Shown piece by piece: positions 17,165 through 26,477 of a stretch of DNA of 39,505 nt (the first letter of the stretch is position 1; the number at the start of each line of letters is the position of its first letter). Where the stretch lies: assembly GCA_048884965.1 (NCBI GenBank), contig JBHLQH010000033.1:1-39505 (forward strand), in the 5' to 3' direction. Both the position numbers and the translations under genes were made by a program. The notes beneath the pieces were generated by a model, which was not told the origin of the DNA, ran no database searches, and saw only the letters and a program-made list of their open reading frames with translations. The stretch comes from Candidatus Thorarchaeota archaeon (lineage in GTDB: Archaea; Asgardarchaeota; Thorarchaeia; Thorarchaeales; Thorarchaeaceae).

Positions 17165-18061
17165 ATGCCTGAGAAGAATACGCCAGTTCGGTATGCAATG
17201 CGTGATGATGAAGGGAACCTCATTCCTCCCTTTCCGGTGGATCCCGTTACCTTGACAGAAACGACTCGGGCTTCCGTTTGTCGCACTATGGATGGAGTTC
17301 ACCTGAGAAAATATACAAGCTTCTATGGGGTGGGAGTCTACGGTGGGATTGCCACTGCATACTCTGTAGGATGTAACTATCGATGTGTCTTCTGCTGGGT
17401 CGATTGGAGTCGTGACTGGCCAGAAAGCTATGGTGAGTTCTACTCACCCGCCCAGGTCTATAGCAATCTCAGAGCAGTAATGAAGGAACGGAACTTTCGT
17501 CGAGCTCGGATAAGTGGAGCCGAGCCGACTCTCTGTCCGGATCACCTCTGTGGTGTGCTTGAGTTGGTCCATCAGGACCGTGACGATTTCGATCTGTTCG
17601 TGATTGAAACCAACGGCGTAGTTCTCTCCCAAGAAGCTGGACTTGCGGAACGACTTGAGAAATATGCATCAAGGCGTCGAAAGCAGGAAACAGTAGGTCA
17701 TGTGCGTCTATCTATTAGAGGTGGACTACCAGATCCATTCGAAGAGAAGACAGGTTGCTCCCGTGAGTTCATGGAGCTTCCCTTTGTTGCAGCTGAGCGT
17801 CTGTGGAAGGCAGGAGTATCCTTCCATGTTGCTGTTGTCGTCGACCCTCGTTTCACCACAGTTGAAGAGAGACAAGAAATCCATGATAAATTGGCTGCTA
17901 TCAATCCCTCAATAGCTCAGCAGGTAGAAGAGGAGTACCTTGATCCATATCCCCATGCTCTGGTTCGCCTTCGAGCGGTAGGACGAGAAGACGTGACAGG
18001 TGAAAACATCTCTGATAGAGAGGACGCTGTCCTCAGACGACGTCCAAGAATTGACTCCTAG
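17165..18061 (+). CDS. Radical SAM protein
   Basis: CNYRCVFC (CxxxCxxC), ISGAEPT, IETNG. Confidence 0.88.
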   Translation: MPEKNTPVRYAMRDDEGNLIPPFPVDPVTLTETTRASVCRTMDGVHLRKYTSFYGVGVYGGIATAYSVGCNYRCVFCWVDWSRDWPESYGEFYSPAQVYSNLRAVMKERNFRRARISGAEPTLCPDHLCGVLELVHQDRDDFDLFVIETNGVVLSQEAGLAERLEKYASRRRKQETVGHVRLSIRGGLPDPFEEKTGCSREFMELPFVAAERLWKAGVSFHVAVVVDPRFTTVEERQEIHDKLAAINPSIAQQVEEEYLDPYPHALVRLRAVGREDVTGENISDREDAVLRRRPRIDS

Positions 18062-19182
18062 CTAGCTGTCGTATGGAGGGTCGGAGGTGCAAATTTCCTC
18101 AGTCTTCGTAGCCCAACGACCTTGTCCTTTCTTCCGAGCTTGGCTTCTTGGAGCGCTGTTTCCATGAACTGGATAGCTTCATCATAGGCCTTTCTTGGGA
18201 CTGGAAACGGCACACCATCCTTTCCCCCAAATGCAAAAGTCATCCGCACAGGATCAGACCATGAAGGAGCACTTCCATAGACCATCTCAGATATCAGCGA
18301 CAACCCTCTAATCGCAGCTGGTCCGATGCCCTCAATGAATAATAGACCTTCATAGTCAGCAGGTTGGGTTTCGTAGGCTTTTCTTACAGCATTCCAATCC
18401 ATCCTTCTTGGAATCACCTTGTATGATGGAAGAGTTGTAACTGGTTCCTTCCCTTCAAGCCAGGGGATTAGGGTCGTTTCACCATATGCCTTGATATCCT
18501 CTAACATCCGGCGCACGCGAATTGGGTCTTCCTTTACAATGTCCAGAGAGGTCTTTCGACACTCGTCAGACTCCTTGGCAGTCATATCAAGTGCTGCCTG
18601 TTTGATCTCTCCTGATATCATACCTGAGTGTGGCTCATTGATGAAGCTACGAATATCCTCTGAAGTCCAATGATACCTTCTGGCATCGTCTGTCTTGCTA
18701 TCCATTCCCTGCTGTACAACGGTCCAGTTCTCTTCATTGTCAACGAAGAAGACATGCTGATACAGGCTGTAGCCGTCTTGGATAGCTGCGTTATCCACCT
18801 TGGCGACATTCCTACTTATCTCCGCGAGACCTGCCCCGTCAAGACCATAATCCTCTAAGGCTCGGAGCTGTTCAGGTGTCTTCATGGAGGCAAGTCCCTT
18901 ACCTCCAGCTGCAACGATATTGTGTTGTTCCCACGTAAGGACGGATTTTAGAACACCACATGTGACTGTGGTGCTTCCACTCGAGTCCCAATCATATCCG
19001 AGGACATTTGAGAGTGCTTGGAAGTACACAGGGTCCGCAAGTCTGCTAAGAAGTTCTTGCGTGCCATACTCATCTACAATGAACTCGCAGAGCGCACTAG
19101 CCATGGGCTTCATACGCTTAACAAGCCAATGTGGAGCCTTCCCAGGATGCAGCTTGAGATCTGCAACACCGCCTCTCTTCAT
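18058..19182 (-). CDS. DUF763-family protein
   Basis: ADLKLHPGKAPHWL, GYDWDSSGSTT, AKVDNAAIQDGY, VVQQGM, ARRYHW, GGKDGVPFPV. Confidence 0.88.
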   Translation of the reverse strand: MKRGGVADLKLHPGKAPHWLVKRMKPMASALCEFIVDEYGTQELLSRLADPVYFQALSNVLGYDWDSSGSTTVTCGVLKSVLTWEQHNIVAAGGKGLASMKTPEQLRALEDYGLDGAGLAEISRNVAKVDNAAIQDGYSLYQHVFFVDNEENWTVVQQGMDSKTDDARRYHWTSEDIRSFINEPHSGMISGEIKQAALDMTAKESDECRKTSLDIVKEDPIRVRRMLEDIKAYGETTLIPWLEGKEPVTTLPSYKVIPRRMDWNAVRKAYETQPADYEGLLFIEGIGPAAIRGLSLISEMVYGSAPSWSDPVRMTFAFGGKDGVPFPVPRKAYDEAIQFMETALQEAKLGRKDKVVGLRRLRKFAPPTLHTTAS

Positions 19183-19246
19183 AGTCGCTGACCTACATCT
19201 ATGTACTTACAAGTAATAATAAGCATAACAGCTACCCGAAACTATT

Positions 19247-19597
19247 CTACCGTAGGGACTCGCGGATGGACTCCAGAGTGCTTCGTGCATATTCTCCTAG
19301 GATGTCAAGACTTTTCGTGATCTTCTCACAGCCGTAGTCCTCACAATGTGCGCAGGTCTTTACTCCACGCCTGTTCGCGCATTCACGAACCTCACAGGTG
19401 GCGCAGTGCTTGAAATGGGTACCATCAATAGTCTTACACCCATCACAAAAAACATCGTCAGGTAAGACCTTGTACTCTGGAGATGACCATAGTTCTGCGG
19501 TTTGCTTCCTCAGTTCGTAGCTATCACTCTGCTTCGCGATAAACGCACCACACTTCGAACAGTCCAATCCACAGTATGCCATCTTCTCTTTCTTCAT
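19247..19597 (-). CDS. DUF3795-family Cys-rich protein
   Basis: AYCGLDCSKC, CDGC, CATCEVREC, CAHCEDYGC. Confidence 0.85.
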   Translation of the reverse strand: MKKEKMAYCGLDCSKCGAFIAKQSDSYELRKQTAELWSSPEYKVLPDDVFCDGCKTIDGTHFKHCATCEVRECANRRGVKTCAHCEDYGCEKITKSLDILGEYARSTLESIRESLR

Positions 19598-19659
19598 ATC
19601 TATAGAGCAATGGCACTCCTTTGATAAAAAAGATTCTCAGGCATCCCGAGTGATTCGTA

Positions 19660-20343
19660 TCATACCTTCTTGCTACTTTCTTTCAAAACCAGCTTGGTCA
19701 TCGAACCTTTGTGCTCTGAGATGAACTTCGTTGCCTTCTTTGGCTCTCGCTTACTTAGCTCACGTATGACCCATCCTGCAGCCTTTCCAACAAAGAACTC
19801 CTCATCAGCGATGTGCGGCTTTACTGCTGATAGGATGCGTTCTGCATATTCAGGCTTGTAATTCTGTTTTAATGAGAGGAATAGATAGGGAAGAATGCTT
19901 GCTCTTCTTCTCCAAAAGTTATCAGATTTGGACCATTTAATGAAGACCTTTTCCAAATCCGGTTTGCGAAGCAACAGTGTCCCAAGACAATTGGATCCAA
20001 TGGGATCCATCAATGCCCATGTATCCATCTGATCGATCCAACCATCAATTATCCGAAGTGCGGAATCAACGTTTCCCTTCATCGAGTACTTCTTCATCAC
20101 ATCCACTGCAGCTCGGCGGCTTTCGAAGATTTGCTCGCTCCATAGAGCTTCCATAAGTGCCATCATATCATCGTCTGATAGTCCTTTGAGATGCTTTCCG
20201 ACTATTTTCGCAATCTCCGGAATCTTCACACCAAGGAATTCCAAGCTCGACGTCTTGAGATAGCCTGCGATAATCTTGGCTTGCTCGGGATCCCCTGCTC
20301 CTTTCAAGTCGCGCAGGACATCATCTTTCTTCATATTTGTCAT
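19660..20343 (-). CDS. DNA alkylation repair protein (AlkD-like HEAT-repeat)
   Basis: FLGVKIP, DTWALMD, WSKSDNFWRRR, FFVGKAAGWVIRE. Confidence 0.85.
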   Translation of the reverse strand: MTNMKKDDVLRDLKGAGDPEQAKIIAGYLKTSSLEFLGVKIPEIAKIVGKHLKGLSDDDMMALMEALWSEQIFESRRAAVDVMKKYSMKGNVDSALRIIDGWIDQMDTWALMDPIGSNCLGTLLLRKPDLEKVFIKWSKSDNFWRRRASILPYLFLSLKQNYKPEYAERILSAVKPHIADEEFFVGKAAGWVIRELSKREPKKATKFISEHKGSMTKLVLKESSKKV

Positions 20344-20444
20344 CGAATATCTCTCTGAAACCCCTTTAATTCTTCCCTCAGATTGGTATTCTTGATAATG
20401 TTTTTATCCCAATGAATGAGAATGGTATGTGATGTTTTACTGGG

Positions 20445-21020
20445 ATGCCCAGTGGAAATCTTTCATCATTAGAAGTGGTAAGTATGACTGAGATTGCTGA
20501 GTGGAACGATGCGATAGGATACAAGGAGTTCCTTGCAAACGCTAGAGAGAATGTAGAGATTATGAAAGCGAGATTCACAGACCTTCCCCTCACAGAGGAA
20601 GAGGAATCAAAAGTGAAGAGTATACAGAATGAGATCAAGATACTTGTGTTAGGTACAGATAGATGCAACGACTCAGCAGGAGTACTCCCCGTTCTGGCAA
20701 AGATGGTTTCTCTCTCGAAGCATCTTGAGCTTCGTGTACTTGATAGCGATAAATATGCCAAGTTCCATCAGCAATATCGTGTGAATGGCAAGCGAAAGAC
20801 TCCCGTTGTACTTTTCCTCAGCTCCGAGCTCAATGAGCTTTGCAGATGGATCGAACGTCCTAATGTTGTGTATAAAGTGGTGAATGAGAAGAACGTCACC
20901 ATGGATGACCGAAAGGGAACCCTTCGGAAGCTCTATAGTGACCCCGAAATTCTCCGGCAGCTCTTTGGTGAACTAAAGCATTTGTTGATCAGGGCGGACC
21001 TCTTACTAGGACGCAGCTAA
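20445..21020 (+). CDS. Thioredoxin-fold protein with CxxS motif
   Basis: ILVLGTDRCNDSAGVLP, NGKRKTPVVLF, WIERP. The true start may be ATG 20484. Confidence 0.75.
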   Translation: MPSGNLSSLEVVSMTEIAEWNDAIGYKEFLANARENVEIMKARFTDLPLTEEEESKVKSIQNEIKILVLGTDRCNDSAGVLPVLAKMVSLSKHLELRVLDSDKYAKFHQQYRVNGKRKTPVVLFLSSELNELCRWIERPNVVYKVVNEKNVTMDDRKGTLRKLYSDPEILRQLFGELKHLLIRADLLLGRS

Positions 21021-21021
21021 T

Positions 21022-21675
21022 ATGGAGAATCTTGCAAAAAGCAATTGGACAGATCCCGAAAGGGTTCAGGAATTCGCTAAAACCTACGAAAGTAGGTATG
21101 GGGACGAATTCTGGCAGATCCTGTGCCAGCTACTCCCTCTACTCTCTGCACCTTCCATCGGTGATTTCGGGTGTGGTCCCGGTCTCTGGCTCGCTGATGC
21201 TGCGACACGATTTCGCGCATCCAAATTGTATGGGCTTGATGCAAGTGAGGCAATGCTCGAATACGCAGAGGAAATCCTACAGAATATGGTATCCAAAACA
21301 CCCCATGAGCTTCACCAAGTCGATTTTGACACTGATGAGATCCCCCTCTCTCATGATACGCTAGGTCTTGCTTTTGGAGGATATATGCTACATGAGGTCA
21401 CCAGTGCTGATGACTTCCTACAATCACTTTCAAATCACATACAAGAACAGGGAGTCTGCGTCATCTTCGATTTTGTATCCGGGAGCGAAGAGGAATTCGT
21501 ACGACAGATGGTCGAGCGAGGTATGCCAGAAGACCGAGCTCGTAGCCGCTACCCCCATATGTGTAAGCACTCTATCGAAGATATCGAAGAGAAAATGAGA
21601 AATTCAGGTTTTACATCAATCCAGTCCGAGAAGATTAGACATACCCGCGCAATAGTTGTGGGAATTAAAGGTTAG
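21022..21675 (+). CDS. Class I SAM-dependent methyltransferase
   Basis: GDFGCGPG, GLDASEAML, MLHE. Confidence 0.85.
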   Translation: MENLAKSNWTDPERVQEFAKTYESRYGDEFWQILCQLLPLLSAPSIGDFGCGPGLWLADAATRFRASKLYGLDASEAMLEYAEEILQNMVSKTPHELHQVDFDTDEIPLSHDTLGLAFGGYMLHEVTSADDFLQSLSNHIQEQGVCVIFDFVSGSEEEFVRQMVERGMPEDRARSRYPHMCKHSIEDIEEKMRNSGFTSIQSEKIRHTRAIVVGIKG

Positions 21676-21700
21676 AAACCATAGTATACTGGTGATTGAG

Positions 21701-22822
21701 ATGGTAACGCGACTCCAACTTCTGAGGTATCCATTCTCATCACAGGCTAGACAGGCATCTCAAGGCGTAGCTCGGGACATTGGCGCTTTGATAGACACCA
21801 TAGAGGAACCTGGTGGGAACTACGTCATACGCGAGGCCTCGAATCGTGTGTTCGCTGCACTGAATCAAGAAGAAATCACAACAGTCAACACGAATGATGA
21901 CCGTGACTTCTTGATTTATTCTGCTTCACGTCTAATCGTCGAGAAGCTCGGTGACAACCGGTTGAAACAATATCAAGCCGAAGCTGAATCCAAGAGCGTG
22001 AACAAGCATCTTGGAAATGAACCTGACGATTTCGTATTGGATCTTTGTCAGACCAGTTTCAATTGGAATCTTGAGCTCATTGGAGGTAGGAGTACCAAAT
22101 CTGAGCTTCCTCTCTATCTTCGAAGCTTTGACTTCTTCATGCCCTTTGTGACATTCTTGGAGATTGCTCCAAGGTTTCATGCTGATGAGTGGAAATTGGT
22201 TAACCGTATCGTGGAGGATGGTCAGGTTCCCATAAGGAAATCCGAACTGCACAGAATGATCTCGGAGAAGTTCAAGGTACTCATCCTCAATAGTAGTCTG
22301 AATGTGCCTACCCTACCACGAAATCTGAGTCTTGCAGTTCAACAGATAGAGTCCGAGCTCAAAGTAAAGCTGAAGCGGACAGAACCTATCAAGTTCACAG
22401 AACAGACAGTCACTGCATTTCCTCCATGCATCTCTCAGATGCATGCAGCAGCACTTGAAGGTCGTAACCTCTCGCATGATGCGCGTTTTACCTTGGCTGC
22501 CTTCCTCCTGAAGATTGGGATGTCCGATAACGAAGTACTCGGGATATTCAGAGCCGCACCTGATTTCGTTCGTGGTCTCGCAGAGTACCAAGTGAAGCAT
22601 ATTGCATCCAAGTCCGGAGGAGAGGGATACACTCCACCCTCATGTCGAAAGCTCCAAGGGAATAGTCTTTGTCCAGTCTATCTTGGTTCAACCAGTGATC
22701 CCCTTTGTGAGTATATCGTCCACCCACTAGCTTTCTATGAAACACGAGCGTGGGAAATGTCAAAGGGTATCAAGAATCACTCTTGGTACGCGAAAAAGAG
22801 GAAGAAGGTGCAGAACTTCTAA
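21701..22822 (+). CDS. priL: DNA primase large (regulatory, Fe-S) subunit
   Basis: RYPFS, WKLVNR, FPPCI, NLSHDARFTLAAFL, YQVKHI, YTPPSC...LC...C...HPL. ATG 21701 follows the SD GGTGA. Confidence 0.92.
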   Translation: MVTRLQLLRYPFSSQARQASQGVARDIGALIDTIEEPGGNYVIREASNRVFAALNQEEITTVNTNDDRDFLIYSASRLIVEKLGDNRLKQYQAEAESKSVNKHLGNEPDDFVLDLCQTSFNWNLELIGGRSTKSELPLYLRSFDFFMPFVTFLEIAPRFHADEWKLVNRIVEDGQVPIRKSELHRMISEKFKVLILNSSLNVPTLPRNLSLAVQQIESELKVKLKRTEPIKFTEQTVTAFPPCISQMHAAALEGRNLSHDARFTLAAFLLKIGMSDNEVLGIFRAAPDFVRGLAEYQVKHIASKSGGEGYTPPSCRKLQGNSLCPVYLGSTSDPLCEYIVHPLAFYETRAWEMSKGIKNHSWYAKKRKKVQNF

Positions 22823-22836
22823 CTAGGCCCGGAAGC

Positions 22837-23679
22837 TCAGGTCACCAAATTGCGAGAGTAATGGTATAGATACTCTTGCGCATATCCTGCATATCTTCCA
22901 AAGTATTCTCTTGCTGCTTGTGATTTTTTCTTGTAGGACTTGCCAGACGAGGTGAAGAGACCATATCTTTCTTGAATTATCCTCTCTATCCAGAGGTCTA
23001 TCGGGAACGCTTCAAGATGTCCCAAAGAGAATAGACTGACACAATCTGCAACTTTATCGCCAACACCGTGCAGTGTCTTCAATGTCTTGTGTGCCTCTTC
23101 ATATGTCATCACCTTGAGAGCATCCAGATCCACAATCCCTTCTACAATCATATCGGTCGAGTGTTTGATGAACTCAGCCCTCCAAGCGAGTCCGAGTGAT
23201 TTCAGGAAGGGGATATCTATATCGCACATCAGCTCAGGAGTAGGCATTCCATAGTAGGTATTCCCGTTCAATTCATACTGCGGACCACAGCTTTCACGAA
23301 TTCGTTGCACCATTGTCTTGATGGCTGGAATGTTCTTCCAGGTCGCACACAGGAAAGAAACCAGACATGGATAGACAGGGTCCTCTATTATCCGCAGTCC
23401 TGGCGCGAACGCAACGCTCTCTCTTATGAAGTCGTCCTTACTAATCTCCTTCTGGATCTTCTGGAGTGGATCCCGCAGTCTGAGCATATCCTCAATAGCC
23501 GCCTCCCCCGTTGAGGATTCCCACCGAAGGATGTTGCCTTCCTGCTCGATGTAGATAACCTGTCCTGCATCTGCATTGACATATCCATTCCCTTCAGGGA
23601 CCCAACAGAACGTCTGTCCACACTCTAATGTATCACGCAGGCTAAACAGTGTGACCTCTAGCTCATTCATCCTGAACAT
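22837..23679 (-). CDS. ogg1: 8-oxoguanine DNA glycosylase, OGG1 type (HhH-GPD)
   Basis: OGG N-terminal domain TLECGQTFCW. HhH with catalytic Lys LHGVGDKVADC, FPIDLW, YAGYAQEYLY. Confidence 0.85.
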   Translation of the reverse strand: MFRMNELEVTLFSLRDTLECGQTFCWVPEGNGYVNADAGQVIYIEQEGNILRWESSTGEAAIEDMLRLRDPLQKIQKEISKDDFIRESVAFAPGLRIIEDPVYPCLVSFLCATWKNIPAIKTMVQRIRESCGPQYELNGNTYYGMPTPELMCDIDIPFLKSLGLAWRAEFIKHSTDMIVEGIVDLDALKVMTYEEAHKTLKTLHGVGDKVADCVSLFSLGHLEAFPIDLWIERIIQERYGLFTSSGKSYKKKSQAAREYFGRYAGYAQEYLYHYSRNLVT

Positions 23680-23717
23680 ATGGATAATTGATGAAACAAG
23701 AGTATTGTGCTAGGGCA

Positions 23718-24575
23718 TTAACGGACCATAGATATCTTATCGATGTACTTCTTTGTAGCCTCTGTCTGTTCCATGGTCTTGAGAATATCTAGCGCATCGT
23801 GATAATGGGCTATTATCCTGTCATCAGCACCCCTCTCTACGACTTGATCAACTAGTTTGGCTAACGCATAGAGGTGTACACCTAGTGCTTTCTCGCTCAA
23901 GTCCTTGATGTCCACAGACCACTCCTTGAATTGCTTCAAGTATTCAATGTTGCTTCGGACCAGCTTGTCATCATATTGAACAAGGTCATGACCTGTCACT
24001 AAGGCAACCCACTCCTTATCGAGGTAACCCTGCAGACTGGCAAGATAGATATCAAAGTTCAAGCTGTTGACATAGGGAATGTCGGTCTCTACATTGTCTC
24101 CTACAAATAGTACCTTGTCCTTGTGATCGTAGCATGATGAAGAGTCGATGGTATGTCCTGGTGAATGATAGAACTCTATATGATCATCTGCAAAATAGAG
24201 TCGGTTCTCGAAGAGAAGATTCGGTGGTACCAGGGTGACCTCTCCTTGCTTGCTGTCTTTCCACTTCTCTAGCTCAGATTCTCCTTCCTCAATGACTCTC
24301 TTCCGAGAGAACGTATGACCGATGATTGATGCACCTTCGAAGTAGCAGTTGCCCCAGATATGATCCCAGTCTGCATGGGAGTTGAAAACAACTACCCGCA
24401 TTCCTCCAACGCCTTCTTTCTTCAGGACCTTTTCGACCTTCCTCATGGAATCAGGACCGAGGAAGGTATCGCAAACATAGACTCGCTCTTCGCCTAGGAT
24501 TAGATGCGTTGTTGTCTGGAAAGGCTCGTCATAAATAATCGTGATATTCCTTTGTCCTATCCTTTCTATCTTCAT
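23718..24575 (-). CDS. Metallo-beta-lactamase-fold hydrolase (HxDxDH variant)
   Basis: NSHADWDHIWGN, SPGHT, FVGD, TGH. Confidence 0.85.
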   Translation of the reverse strand: MKIERIGQRNITIIYDEPFQTTTHLILGEERVYVCDTFLGPDSMRKVEKVLKKEGVGGMRVVVFNSHADWDHIWGNCYFEGASIIGHTFSRKRVIEEGESELEKWKDSKQGEVTLVPPNLLFENRLYFADDHIEFYHSPGHTIDSSSCYDHKDKVLFVGDNVETDIPYVNSLNFDIYLASLQGYLDKEWVALVTGHDLVQYDDKLVRSNIEYLKQFKEWSVDIKDLSEKALGVHLYALAKLVDQVVERGADDRIIAHYHDALDILKTMEQTEATKKYIDKISMVR

Positions 24576-24614
24576 GATAAGTCAATTAGAGGATTCTTGA
24601 ACTCCTCTTGAAGT

Positions 24615-25217
24615 TCACGATTCGTGCCTTCCTCTCTGTCTGAGTCTAGAGCGTATCAGATAGTGAAGAGGTACTACCAAGGTATCGGGATGGTCATAGT
24701 ATCTGGTCAAAGCGGGTGATCTTTCGAATTTATGCCTGTAAACAATAGCACCCAAGGCAATGAACCCAACTAACACACCCACTACGATTGTTGAGATCGG
24801 CACTTGTCTCATAACTACTCTGATGTGTACTGATTCTGATATCGAATTCGACAGATAGTCTGAACATTCCAAGGTTAGTATGAATGCACCATCTCTTCTG
24901 GGTTTCCACTTGTAGGGTATCTCATAGTTGCCTATTTTCAGTTCTTCATTGCCCACTAGTAGGTTGAGAGAGCTGATACCATGCTCTGATTTGATATCAA
25001 AGCAAATATCCACTGTACCATAGGGTACTGTGTCTCCTTCCTGCGGAGAAAGAAACCTCACGACGATTGGATCTGTTTCGTTATATTCCTCCTGCTGAAT
25101 ATAGAAAGTTGTGATTGGAAGTATCATGTCACGATCAGGTGGACAGCTTGTAGCTGATGGAGTCAGAGATAGGATGCATATGATAATCCCATAGAGAACC
25201 CATCGAATTTCCTTCAT
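24615..25217 (-). CDS. Hypothetical membrane-anchored protein with an Ig-like domain
   Basis: Signal peptide, PIVVRFLSPQEGDTV...PYKW...G.FILTL..D..N pattern, TM helix, cytoplasmic tail. Confidence 0.65.
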   Translation of the reverse strand: MKEIRWVLYGIIICILSLTPSATSCPPDRDMILPITTFYIQQEEYNETDPIVVRFLSPQEGDTVPYGTVDICFDIKSEHGISSLNLLVGNEELKIGNYEIPYKWKPRRDGAFILTLECSDYLSNSISESVHIRVVMRQVPISTIVVGVLVGFIALGAIVYRHKFERSPALTRYYDHPDTLVVPLHYLIRSRLRQRGRHES

Positions 25218-25429
25218 TCCACGATATATTTAGGTAATTACCAAATTAGCTTTTTGTTGATTGCTAGAGTATTGCAAAACCACGAGGTCATATCTTAGCA
25301 AATTGGTTCCTATGTCTTATCACAATCACCATCGCGTTCTCCGCTACACTTGGTAAGTCATAGGTACGAATCCTCTAGGCAGGTGAGTATTTAGAAAGAG
25401 TAAAAGCCTCTATCATCCTTGGTGAACCT

Positions 25430-25495
25430 GCGGTGATGATGAACCACCATTTGTGAGTATGAACACATGATCGTCCCAAGGGGTATCTGAGCCGC
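25430..25495 (+). ncRNA. Box C/D guide sRNA (2'-O-methylation guide)
   Basis: Terminal stem GCGGT/GCCGC; box C ATGATGA 25436-25442; D' ATGA 25459-25462; C' ATGATCG 25467-25473; box D CTGA 25487-25490. Exact K-turn register, intergenic location. Confidence 0.72.
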
Positions 25496-25527
25496 CCTAT
25501 TTCAAAGCAGGTCCCAGACTGTTCCGA

Positions 25528-26367
25528 TCACTTTTCTTTTCGAAGCATCTTCTGTCCATACACGACAACTAGCACGACTGCTACTATCACAAACAGCACA
25601 AGAGATGCATATGTTGCTACCTGCGTATTGAGGATGGGGAACAACCATAGCGATAGGTTCAGTGAGGTGTGCAGTAAAAGGGTCGCAAGCACGCTACCGT
25701 TTGCGTTATTGTACACCCAAGTGAAGATGATTGTGCTAAAGGTCACTGCGATGAACATCACCCAAATGGGATGCTGGTAGTACATGGACCCAGTCGCGCC
25801 TGCATAGACTAGGAAGAGAGGTAGGTGCCATGCGGACCACAGAAGCCCTAGAATGATGCTCGAAGTGAGTGCACTGAATCGTTCCTGTAGACGCGGAAGG
25901 GCATAACCTCGCCAACCAAACTCTTCCTGTAACGGTCCTGCCGTCAAGAGGATGATGATGAACGAGATTGGGACGACGAAGACAAGCTCCGCTGTCAGTG
26001 CTGGGAAGGTGAAGTCCACTGCTATCATCCCGATTACTGCAGATACCACCACAATGATTGGGAATAGGAAGAGTACTGGCAAGAGCCAGATCTTTGAGAA
26101 CTTGATGTTGATACCACTCTTCAAGAGATCCTTGATCGCCTGCAGCTTTCCGGCTCTATAGCTCATGATAAGGGCAGCAAGGAGAGGTCCAAAGGCCGCA
26201 GGATTGAAGGGGCTCATGAAAAAGTCTGTTATTGGAGATGCCGGCAGGAATCCAAGGCTCTCCAAGATTATAGGAGCCCAGAATATCCATGAGATCACAT
26301 AGGTGAGGATGAAGAATATCCAGATGTCTGTAGCATGTTCTTTCTGTGTTGACTCTTTTACTGCCAT
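25528..26367 (-). CDS. CPBP-family (CAAX/Abi) intramembrane glutamic/metalloprotease
   Basis: EEFGWRGY, WSAWHLP, LLHTSLN and multiple TM helices. ATG 26367 follows AGGAG. Confidence 0.92.
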   Translation of the reverse strand: MAVKESTQKEHATDIWIFFILTYVISWIFWAPIILESLGFLPASPITDFFMSPFNPAAFGPLLAALIMSYRAGKLQAIKDLLKSGINIKFSKIWLLPVLFLFPIIVVVSAVIGMIAVDFTFPALTAELVFVVPISFIIILLTAGPLQEEFGWRGYALPRLQERFSALTSSIILGLLWSAWHLPLFLVYAGATGSMYYQHPIWVMFIAVTFSTIIFTWVYNNANGSVLATLLLHTSLNLSLWLFPILNTQVATYASLVLFVIVAVVLVVVYGQKMLRKEK

Positions 26368-26477
26368 GGATAGCACTCCTTGGCGAAATCAAGTCGTCGC
26401 TGCTAGAGGTCCTAATAAGACTAGCGCGAGCTCTCAGAAGACCTAGGTCTAATAGGCTTGGGAGCTATCTTCACCTG

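Noticed and set aside
20445-21020. Selenoprotein or readthrough candidate
   Set aside because: No in-frame TGA at the redox motif and no convincing SECIS seen.
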